The notes under the pieces: model-generated
What the model saw: only the letters and a program-made list of their open reading frames with translations
Database searches by the model: none
Told to the model about the DNA's origin: nothing
In this document: positions 1 through 9,655 of the stretch, piece by piece
Position numbering within the stretch: the stretch's first letter is position 1
Layout of the letters: every line of letters begins with the position of its first letter
Assembly: GCA_963836075.1 (NCBI GenBank)
Contig: CAWIIB010000001.1
Span: 1,376,001 to 1,440,000, forward strand
Direction of reading: 5' to 3'
Source: an uncultured Acidobacteriota bacterium
GTDB taxonomy: Bacteria; Acidobacteriota; JAQAZP01
DNA: 64,000 nucleotides
Translations under genes and position numbers: made by a program

Positions 1-980
1 GCAATACCCTGGTCTTCGGCAGCCCCTTTCACACTCACAACTCGTACCTGATGGCGGTGGACGTGCCGGACGAAGTGGCGTCCCTGCGCCAGGACGCGCC
101 CTCCATGGGTGCCTGGCTGGCGGAGAACGGCATCGGGCGCGCGCTGGTGCGCTGGGGCCGGGGGGCCTTTCGCAGCCTCGACGCCTTTGTCAGCGGCAAC
201 CTCTTCCGCGAGGAAGCGGCGCGCCAGGGCGGAATGGCTGTCTTCATGCTGCTGGCCCTGGTGGCCTGGCGCTGGGGAGTACCGCGGCCGGCCCCCTGGT
301 GGCGCTACCACGCCCTGCCCCTGGCCGCCTTCGGACTGCACTTCCTCACCGTCTCCTGGTATGTGCGGGGGGAACTGCGCTACTTCCTCCCCTTCTACCT
401 CCTGCTCTACCTGGCCGCTGCCCGGGGCGCTCTGGTGCTGTCCGGACTGGAGGACACCGAGCGGCCCACCGGCAATGGCGCCCCGCCACGACCGCCGCTA
501 CCCCGCCCCGGCAGGTCACCGATCCTGCTGGCCCTCCTGCTGCTGCTCCTGCTGGCCACCTTTGTCCGCCCGCTGGGCCTGACCCTGGCCTTTGACGACC
601 GTGAGGAGGCAGAGCGGGTGGCTGCCGCCGCGGACTGGATCTCCAGCAACACCGCCCGAGGCACGGTGATCATGGACCTGCCCACGGTGAGCAACATGAT
701 CCATGTCTATGAGCGCCCAACGGTGGTCATCCCCTACGGCCCGCTGGCGGACACCTTTGAAACGGCCCTGCGCTTCAACGTAGAATACCTGGTGGTTTCG
801 GCCCGGAGCGTCCACTGGCGTCCCGGGCTGAAACAGTTCTGGGAAACGGACGGCGAGCGTGTCCGGCTCAGGGATCCGGCGCCGGTCTTTCTCCAAACGG
901 TTTGGGCCGACGACAGCGGCAGGATCGCCATTGCGCGGTTCCTGCCCGAGCGGTACCACAGCAGAAAACTAGCCGAGTAG
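1..980 (+). CDS. GT-C (ArnT/PMT-like) membrane glycosyltransferase-like protein, 5' truncated by window edge
   Basis: Frame is open from nt 3 (NTLVFGSPFH...); TM helices with 'RYFLPF' then a soluble C-terminal domain; stop is 1 nt before next gene. Confidence 0.55.
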   Translation, partial: NTLVFGSPFHTHNSYLMAVDVPDEVASLRQDAPSMGAWLAENGIGRALVRWGRGAFRSLDAFVSGNLFREEAARQGGMAVFMLLALVAWRWGVPRPAPWWRYHALPLAAFGLHFLTVSWYVRGELRYFLPFYLLLYLAAARGALVLSGLEDTERPTGNGAPPRPPLPRPGRSPILLALLLLLLLATFVRPLGLTLAFDDREEAERVAAAADWISSNTARGTVIMDLPTVSNMIHVYERPTVVIPYGPLADTFETALRFNVEYLVVSARSVHWRPGLKQFWETDGERVRLRDPAPVFLQTVWADDSGRIAIARFLPERYHSRKLAE

Positions 981-981
981 C

Positions 982-2037
982 ATGTCCACAGCCAGAAACG
1001 TCAAGATCGGGCTGCAGATGGTCCGGGCCGCCCTGGGGGCCAACCTCTTCGGCCGGCGGGTGCCGGTGAACGTGATGTTCGGGGTGACCAACCGCTGCCC
1101 CTCCCGTTGCACCTACTGCCAGATCCCGGAGCGGCCCCAGGCCGACCTGGATACCGAGCAGATCTTCGACCTCTTCCGCCAGATGAAAAAGGCGGGAACC
1201 AGGCGCCTGGGCATGTGGGGCGGTGAGCCGCTGATGCGCAAGGACATCGGCCTGCTCGTGGATTTCGCCAAGGAGTGCGGGTTCTACGTCTCGCTGGACA
1301 GCAACGGCTACCTGCTGCCGAAGAAGATCGACCAGATCCTCAATCTCGACCACCTGGTGGTCTCACTGGACGGGCGGAAAGAGAACCACGATGCCAACCG
1401 CCAGCCGGGCAGCTTCGACAAGGCACTGGCCGGGATCAGGGCCGCCGCCGGCCGGGTGCCGCTCTGGACCATCACCGTGCTCACCCGGCACAACCTCGGC
1501 GACATCGACTACATCGTGGGCCTGGCCCGGGAGCACGGCTTCCTCGCCTCGTTCCAGCTGCTGCACCACAGCGACCTGATGGGCCGCAACCGCGAGAAGC
1601 TGCTGCCGGAAAACCATGAATACCAGGCCGCCATCGAGAAGCTGATCGAACTGAAAAAGGCCGGGGCGCCCATCGTCTCCACCATGCCCTACCTCGAGCA
1701 CGTGCAGGGCTGGCAGGATTATGGCAAGCCGCAGTCGACCGAGATGGTGGGAAGGCTGAAGTGCCGGGCCGGGGAACTCTTCTGCAATGTCGACGTGGAC
1801 GGCCGGGTCTTCCCCTGCTCGCTGCTCATCGACGGGGTGAAGGCGCAGAACTTTCTCGACGTCGGTTTCGAGCAGGCCTTCCGCAACCTGCCGGTGCCCG
1901 ACTGCAAGTCGTGCAACGCCTCCTGCTACACCGAGTACAACCTGCTCTATGCCCTGCGGCCTCGCTCCATGGTCCAGTGGGGCATGAGCGTGCTGCGGGC
2001 CTGGCGCCTGCGCGGGGACGGAAAGGGGCAGCCATGA
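982..2037 (+). CDS. Radical SAM protein with C-terminal SPASM/twitch domain
   Basis: CPSRCTYC (CxxxCxxC), GGEP, SLDG; C-terminal CRAG...DGRVFPC...CKSCNASC. Confidence 0.9.
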   Translation: MSTARNVKIGLQMVRAALGANLFGRRVPVNVMFGVTNRCPSRCTYCQIPERPQADLDTEQIFDLFRQMKKAGTRRLGMWGGEPLMRKDIGLLVDFAKECGFYVSLDSNGYLLPKKIDQILNLDHLVVSLDGRKENHDANRQPGSFDKALAGIRAAAGRVPLWTITVLTRHNLGDIDYIVGLAREHGFLASFQLLHHSDLMGRNREKLLPENHEYQAAIEKLIELKKAGAPIVSTMPYLEHVQGWQDYGKPQSTEMVGRLKCRAGELFCNVDVDGRVFPCSLLIDGVKAQNFLDVGFEQAFRNLPVPDCKSCNASCYTEYNLLYALRPRSMVQWGMSVLRAWRLRGDGKGQP

Positions 2038-3758
2038 GCCTGATCAGGACATCCCTGGTGATCCTCGCCCTGGCCCTGCTGGCGCTGGCCTCCGCTGCCG
2101 GCTGTGGTGATTCACAAAGGGGCAAGGTCATCGTCCTCGGTCTGGATGCCGCCACCTGGAAGCAGATGGACCCGCTGATCGAGGCCGGCCTGCTGCCCAA
2201 CATCGCCGGGCTGGCGGAAAGCGGTTGCCGGGGAAGCCTGGAGACCCTCTACCCCACCATCAGCCCGCTGATCTGGACTTCCATGGCCACCGGCGTCCCG
2301 GCCGAACTGCACGGACGGGACTTCACCATCACCCGCATTCCGGGCAGCTACCGCTTCTCCCAGGAGACCGGGCGGCTGCTGGCCTACCCGGCGCTGTGGC
2401 AGGCGGCCGACCACTTCGGCCTGCGCTCGGTGACGGTGAACTGGTATTCGGCCGAGTCGCCCTGGCAACCGCTGCGATCGCGGGTGCTGGCCGACCGCAT
2501 CGAGGAGAACAAGCCGGTGCCGGTGCGCTTTCCCGAGTTCCCGCTGGAGGGCTACGACTTCGAGGTGCCGGGCGACGAAGAGCTCTTCGCGCTGCTCGGC
2601 CTCGAGCACCAGGGGCCGGTGGGTCATCTCAGGCCCTGGCTGCGCCACGAGCTGGATGTGCTGCGCTGGCGCTACGCCGAGGACGACTACTTCAACCGCA
2701 CGGCCCAGCACCTGCTCTTTGACGACCGGCAGGGGCAGCCCGACCTCGCCCTGGTCTTTCTCAAGGGTCTGGACGGGGTGCAGCACAAGTTCTGGCAGTT
2801 CATGGACACAGAGAACTTCCCCGATGTGGACGCCGGCGAGCGGCGTCTCTTCGGCAAGGTAGTCGAGGCGTATTACCGCTACTACGACCGGGTGGTGGGC
2901 CAGTATGTGGCCCGGGCCGAACCGGGCACCACCTTCATCCTCGTCTCGGACCACGGCATGGAACCGATCCACGCCCAGAGCGGCCGTTCGCTGCCCGAGG
3001 ACCAGACCGTCTACCGCAACATGTCGCTCTTCCGCCCGGTGGGGATCCTGCAGTTGCTGGAGCAGCTGGGCCTGGTGGTGCGGCAGGACGAGGACAGCAT
3101 CGACTGGGCGCGGACCACGGCCTTCCCCAACGGCGACAAGGCGCTGACCTGGGAGGTGGGCTTCTGTCTCAACGTGGAGGGCCGTGAGCCAAAGGGGTCG
3201 GTGAAACCGGAAGACTACGACCGGGTGCTGGCCGAGACCGCGGCACTGCTGAAGAACGTCAGATCGGACGCGGACGGGGCCCCGCTGTTCATCGATATCC
3301 AGTCGAGGCCGCACAACAGCGTCACCGAGATCGTGGCCCGGGTGAACCCCGCTCTGCCTCCGGACACCGCCTTCACTGTCGACGGCCGGACCTTCACCCT
3401 GGGGTCGCTGCTGGAAGGCTACGACATGTCGGGCGCGCACCTTTTCGCCCCGGACGGCATTCTGCTGGTCTCCGGCCCGGCCGTCCAGCCGGGGAGCGAA
3501 GTGGGACGGACCAACATCTATGATGTGGCACCCACCATCTGCCTGCTGCTGGGCCTGCCGTTGCCCGCCGACTTCACCGGCAGCGTCCTCGACATCTGGG
3601 ATGATGACACCGAACTCCCGGAGGTTGAATCGATACCGAGTTTCCGGGGGGTGGTCCCCGGTTTCGATGCTGACGGCACCCGGCCGGGTGGCCACAGCCT
3701 TGAACCGCTGTCCCCTGCCGCCGAGGAACGGCTGAAGAGTCTGGGGTATATCCAGTGA
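2034..3758 (+). CDS. Alkaline phosphatase superfamily (type I phosphodiesterase/nucleotide pyrophosphatase) lipoprotein
   Basis: ATG at 2034 overlaps upstream TGA; lipobox-like LASAAGC; GLDAATW, PTISPLIWTSMATG, DGVQH, SDHG, DVAPT, terminal RLKSLGYI. Confidence 0.85.
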   Translation: MSLIRTSLVILALALLALASAAGCGDSQRGKVIVLGLDAATWKQMDPLIEAGLLPNIAGLAESGCRGSLETLYPTISPLIWTSMATGVPAELHGRDFTITRIPGSYRFSQETGRLLAYPALWQAADHFGLRSVTVNWYSAESPWQPLRSRVLADRIEENKPVPVRFPEFPLEGYDFEVPGDEELFALLGLEHQGPVGHLRPWLRHELDVLRWRYAEDDYFNRTAQHLLFDDRQGQPDLALVFLKGLDGVQHKFWQFMDTENFPDVDAGERRLFGKVVEAYYRYYDRVVGQYVARAEPGTTFILVSDHGMEPIHAQSGRSLPEDQTVYRNMSLFRPVGILQLLEQLGLVVRQDEDSIDWARTTAFPNGDKALTWEVGFCLNVEGREPKGSVKPEDYDRVLAETAALLKNVRSDADGAPLFIDIQSRPHNSVTEIVARVNPALPPDTAFTVDGRTFTLGSLLEGYDMSGAHLFAPDGILLVSGPAVQPGSEVGRTNIYDVAPTICLLLGLPLPADFTGSVLDIWDDDTELPEVESIPSFRGVVPGFDADGTRPGGHSLEPLSPAAEERLKSLGYIQ

Positions 3759-5677
3759 ACGATCCCGCGCAACCACGACAGCCCTTCCCCTGGCTTCAGG
3801 GTGCGGTGCTGCCGCTGGTCCTGCTGGCCGCATTCCTGCTCAGCGGCCCGGTGCAGGTGCCCACCGCGGACCTGGACCACAACCCGGTAGTGCGGGTCTG
3901 GAAGCTGCGCATACTCTTCCTCGTGGCCCCGGCCCTGCTGCTGGCGGCCTGGGCCTGGGGCGGCCGGCTGCGCCGCACGCCGTTCCTGCCCGCGCTGCTG
4001 GAGGAACTGTCCAAGCGCAGGTGGTTGTTGCTGGCCAGCCTGGCCGGGCTGCTGCTCTTCGCCACCTTCTCCACTCTGCTCTTCGAACGGATCCCCCGGG
4101 TCTGGGACACTGCGGGCTATCTCTTTCAGGCCCGTGTCCTGGCCTCAGGCATGATGGCTGCGCCGGCACCGCCGTCACCGGAGCACTTCTGGCTCTATCC
4201 CCTGGTGGTCTGGCAGGGCAAGTGGTTCGCCATCTACCCCCTGGGCCACTCCTCGCTACTGGCCCTGGGCGTGCTGGCCGGCGTGCCCTGGCTGGTCTGC
4301 CCGCTGATCGGGGCCATCAGCCTGCTGCTCACCGGGCTCCTTGCCGGAGAAACGCTGGGCCGGAAAGCGGCCCCCCTGGCCGGACTGCTCTTCCTGCTCT
4401 CCCCCTTCGTGATCTTCATGTCGTCATCGTACCAGGGGCACAACAGCAACCTGCTGGGCACGGCCATCTTTCTCTATTTCTACGCCCGGGCGCACAACCG
4501 CGATAACCCGCTCAATCCGGTGCTGGCCGGAATGGGTCTGGGGTTCTCCTTCTTTGTGCGCACCCTCTCCGCCGCGGCCCTGGCCGTGCCTTTTGTCATT
4601 TTCGAATTGTGGCGGCTGTTTCGAGACCGGGGAGAGGCGCGCAAGCAGGTCATCATGCGGGGTGTGCTGATCTACATCGGTTTCGCTCCCTTTATCGCGG
4701 CTACCCTGGTCCAGAACGCGGCCCACACCGGCTCACCCTGGCTGATGGCCTACCGCATCAAGTTCCCCACCCAGACTGTGGGTCTCAGCGCCGACGGCAT
4801 GGTGGAACCGGGCCAGCACGGCGAGGACTTCAGCCACACGCCGCAGAACGCCCTGCGCAACCTGCGCTCCCGGGGACTCCTGCTTTCCAGCGATCTCTTT
4901 GGCTGGCCCTACCTCAGCCTGCTGCCGGCCCTGGCCGCCCTGGCCCTGCGCCGCCGCCGGCTGCTGCGACCCGGGGAGAGAAAGCCAACCGAGCCGCGGA
5001 AGCCACCATGGCTGATCCTCGCCGCAGGGGTCTGCCTGACCTACCTCGGGGCCTATTCGCTCTTCTGGAACCCGGGGTATGGCTTCGGCGCCCGTTACTA
5101 CTACGGCATGGTGCCGGCACTGATACTGCTCACCGTTGCCGGGATCCGCTCGCTGGCCGGCGGCACAGGGGGCGATGCTGCGCGGTTCAATCGCACACTG
5201 TTGGGGGTTGTGGCCCTGCTGCTGATCAACCTCGCGCTTTACCTGCCCCTGCGCTACCGCCAGTTCGACCAGCAGCAGCAATACAACACGGTGGACGCCA
5301 AACTGGCCCGGATGGTGGAACAGGCGGGGATCGATGACGGGCTGATCTTTGTGGAATCGTGGTTCCTCGGCTACTACAACTACAGCTCGGCCCTGCCGCT
5401 GAACCGCCCCGATCTCTCGGGCACTGTCTATGCCCGGGACCTGGGCGTGGAAGCCAACACCGCGCTGATCACGGCCCTGCCGGACAAACGCGTCTACGGG
5501 TTCCGCTTTGACGAAGCCAGCGGCACCCTGCTGCTCACCGACTACCTCACCAACGATTCCGTTCTCTCCCAACCTGCCGCCCCGGGACAGACCCGCTACC
5601 CCTCCGGCGCCAACCCCGAGGCCCAGGAAGACTACTGGAAGCGCAGACGCGCCGCCCTCGGCACCTGGGGGCTGTAA
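3755..5677 (+). CDS. GT-C (family 39/83-like) integral membrane glycosyltransferase
   Basis: GTG start overlapping upstream stop; 'WDTAGYLFQA', 'YPLGHS', many TM segments, 'GFGARYY'. Confidence 0.7.
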   Translation: MNDPAQPRQPFPWLQGAVLPLVLLAAFLLSGPVQVPTADLDHNPVVRVWKLRILFLVAPALLLAAWAWGGRLRRTPFLPALLEELSKRRWLLLASLAGLLLFATFSTLLFERIPRVWDTAGYLFQARVLASGMMAAPAPPSPEHFWLYPLVVWQGKWFAIYPLGHSSLLALGVLAGVPWLVCPLIGAISLLLTGLLAGETLGRKAAPLAGLLFLLSPFVIFMSSSYQGHNSNLLGTAIFLYFYARAHNRDNPLNPVLAGMGLGFSFFVRTLSAAALAVPFVIFELWRLFRDRGEARKQVIMRGVLIYIGFAPFIAATLVQNAAHTGSPWLMAYRIKFPTQTVGLSADGMVEPGQHGEDFSHTPQNALRNLRSRGLLLSSDLFGWPYLSLLPALAALALRRRRLLRPGERKPTEPRKPPWLILAAGVCLTYLGAYSLFWNPGYGFGARYYYGMVPALILLTVAGIRSLAGGTGGDAARFNRTLLGVVALLLINLALYLPLRYRQFDQQQQYNTVDAKLARMVEQAGIDDGLIFVESWFLGYYNYSSALPLNRPDLSGTVYARDLGVEANTALITALPDKRVYGFRFDEASGTLLLTDYLTNDSVLSQPAAPGQTRYPSGANPEAQEDYWKRRRAALGTWGL

Positions 5678-5693
5678 AAAGGGTGTCACCTCT

Positions 5694-7223
<1,530 letters not shown>

Positions 7224-7428
7224 CGTTTCCTCAAGTAACCAGTGGGTGTTTCGGTGTTTTCACATCCGAATGTTCGACGCCGACTCTATCGGAAACCCCA
7301 GTTTGAGTCAACGCATCCCAAGGCCGGCCGAGGACACGGAAACTCTCCAGCGGTTGATTTTACGTCATCCTCCTGCAAGAATATCCCCGTTAAGCTTCAC
7401 AACCACTAATTCCCTGGCACTACCTCTG

Positions 7429-9591
7429 ATGAGCAAGGCGAAGCGTACAGCGAAACGTTCCGCCGCGCCGCGAGCATCGGGTGCGGAGGATCCACCTGAC
7501 ACCGGGAAACCGGCGCCTGCGGTCCCCACCGGCCGGAGACTGCCCGGCCTCTCGCTGCTGCTGGTGCTGCTGGCCGCCCTGCTGCCCTACCTGAACGGCC
7601 TGGGCAACGGCTATCTGGACATTGACCGGGAGCTGTTCGTCGGCAGTCCGCACGTCCAGGGGGCGTCAGCCCCGGGCTATTTTTTCACTGCCGATTTCTG
7701 GGAAAAACAGAACCAGGGGCGCAGCAACCGCTACCAACCGCTGGTGATGGTCTCCTTCGCCCTCAACCACCGGTTGGGCGGCCTCACACCTTACGGCTGC
7801 CACTTCACCAACCTCCTGCTGCACCTGCTGGTCTGCCTCCTGCTGCTCCTGGTACTGCGTCATATCCTGCCCCAGCGGGGACTGGCCCTGGCCGCCACCC
7901 TGCTCTATGCCCTGCACCCGCTGCACACCGAGGCGGTGGCCGCAGTGAGCGGCCGGGTGGAGCTGCTGTCCGCACTGTTCCTTGTGGCCGCGTGGCTGAT
8001 GCACCTGGTCGCCTGGACGCCTGGCGACGAGCATGACAGCGGAGGGAAAATGGACCGGCGCTACCGTGCGCTCCTGGTGCTCAGCGGGATGGGACTGTTC
8101 ATGCTCGCCCTCTTCTCCACCGGCAGTGCCCTGGTCCTGCTGCCGGCCGTCCTGCTGGGCGATCTGCTGCGCTACAAACCGGCGCCGTCAATTCCGGTGA
8201 ACAGGAGTGATGCTGAGGATGATTTCTTCACCCCGGACCGTCGCCCGCTGAAACATCTGTTCGGGGCCCCGTTCCGGTCTCTCTCACCGTTGCCCTGGGC
8301 GGGGTACGGCGGCCTGCTGGCCGTCCTTGCCGGCTACCTGGCGGTCCGCATCCGGGTGCTGGGATCGTTCCCCGGCCAGGCAGCCATTCCCCTGCTCGAC
8401 AACCCGCTGGCCGCGGCGGAAACTCCGGTGCGGTTGATGACCGCGGTGAAGGTGCTCGGAGAGTATCTGCGGCTGCAGTTCTGGCCGGTGCACCTGTCGG
8501 CCGACTACTCCTTTAACCAGGTGAAACTGGTCACCTCCACTACCGATCCCGGTTTTCTCGCCTCTCTGGCAGCCTGCCTGGCCCTGCTGGTTGGAGCTGT
8601 CGCGCTCTGGAAGATGGAACGGGGCCGCACCCCGGCATTCGGCATCCTCTTCTTTTTCTGCACCGTCGCCCCGGTGTCCAACATCCCCTTTCCCATCGAC
8701 ACCATCATGGCCGAACGGCTGCTCTACCTCCCCTCGCTCGGCTTCTGCCTGGTTCTCGCCTCGCTGCTCGCCCTCTTCACCCGGGAACTGCGCGGAACAA
8801 CTCCCGCAGAGGAAGAGCACCTGAAGTCCCGCCCCTCGCGGCGCTGGATGGTGATCGTGCTGGCCTCGCTCATTGCCCTGGGATACGCCGGCCGCACCAT
8901 AACCAGAAACGGGGACTGGCTCGACCAGCAGACCCTGCTGCTCAGCGCGGCCAGGGTCAGCCCGGACAGCGCCAGGGTTCACGGGGACCTCGGCATCGGC
9001 TATTTCGAACACGGCGACTACCCACTGGCCGCCCGCTCGCTGGAGCGGGCCCTGGAAATCCTGCCCGACTACCCCATCGTTCTCTACATGCTGGGCCGCA
9101 CCCGGATCGAGCTGGGAGAACTGGAGAGCGCCCGGGAGGCGCTGCTCCGGGTGGCGGAGCTCCGCCCGGAGCACCCCGAAATCCTGCTGGCCCTGGGCGC
9201 GGTGGATTTCCGTCTGGGCCGCCTGGAGGACGCGACGAATTATTTCCGCCAGACCCTGGACATCGCCCCCGGGAACCGCTGGGCCATGGAAAGCCTGGGG
9301 ATTTGCCTCAGCCAACGCGGCCTGTATCAGGAGGCCATCGAGGTATTCAGGTCCTACCTGGAACGGCATCCCGACGCCGCCAGCGGCCACTACAGCCTCG
9401 CCTCCGCCCTGGCCCTGGCCGGGCGGCAGGAGGAAGCGGAGACCGCCTTCCGCATCGCCCTGGACATCGATCCGGCCCACCAGGGCTGCCTGCTGGGCCT
9501 GGCCGACATCTGCCGCCGGACGGACCGGGAGGAAGAGGCCGCCGCACTCCGGGCCCGGGCCCTGGCCCCCCCCCCTGACGGCCCCCGTTGA
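7429..9591 (+). CDS. TMTC-like membrane protein (GT-C + DUF1736-like region + TPR repeats)
   Basis: ATG 7429 (MSKAKR); RYQPL, ALHPLHTEAV..SGR, WPVHLSADYS, MAERLLYLPSLGFC, RNGDW then several TPRs. Confidence 0.8.
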   Translation: MSKAKRTAKRSAAPRASGAEDPPDTGKPAPAVPTGRRLPGLSLLLVLLAALLPYLNGLGNGYLDIDRELFVGSPHVQGASAPGYFFTADFWEKQNQGRSNRYQPLVMVSFALNHRLGGLTPYGCHFTNLLLHLLVCLLLLLVLRHILPQRGLALAATLLYALHPLHTEAVAAVSGRVELLSALFLVAAWLMHLVAWTPGDEHDSGGKMDRRYRALLVLSGMGLFMLALFSTGSALVLLPAVLLGDLLRYKPAPSIPVNRSDAEDDFFTPDRRPLKHLFGAPFRSLSPLPWAGYGGLLAVLAGYLAVRIRVLGSFPGQAAIPLLDNPLAAAETPVRLMTAVKVLGEYLRLQFWPVHLSADYSFNQVKLVTSTTDPGFLASLAACLALLVGAVALWKMERGRTPAFGILFFFCTVAPVSNIPFPIDTIMAERLLYLPSLGFCLVLASLLALFTRELRGTTPAEEEHLKSRPSRRWMVIVLASLIALGYAGRTITRNGDWLDQQTLLLSAARVSPDSARVHGDLGIGYFEHGDYPLAARSLERALEILPDYPIVLYMLGRTRIELGELESAREALLRVAELRPEHPEILLALGAVDFRLGRLEDATNYFRQTLDIAPGNRWAMESLGICLSQRGLYQEAIEVFRSYLERHPDAASGHYSLASALALAGRQEEAETAFRIALDIDPAHQGCLLGLADICRRTDREEEAAALRARALAPPPDGPR

Positions 9592-9616
9592 CGCTACCTG
9601 CCGAGTCCGATATATT
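9588..9616 (+). promoter_or_regulatory. Sigma70-type promoter of leuS
   Basis: TTGACG-N17-TATATT upstream of a GGAGG RBS. Confidence 0.65.
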
Positions 9617-9655
9617 GCCTAGCTTCAACTTGTTAAATGGGTGGGAGGCGGGATG

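Noticed and set aside
7414-7430. TGGCAC as a sigma54 -24 box near the GAF activator
   Set aside because: The -12 position reads GA rather than GC and coincides with the start codon.
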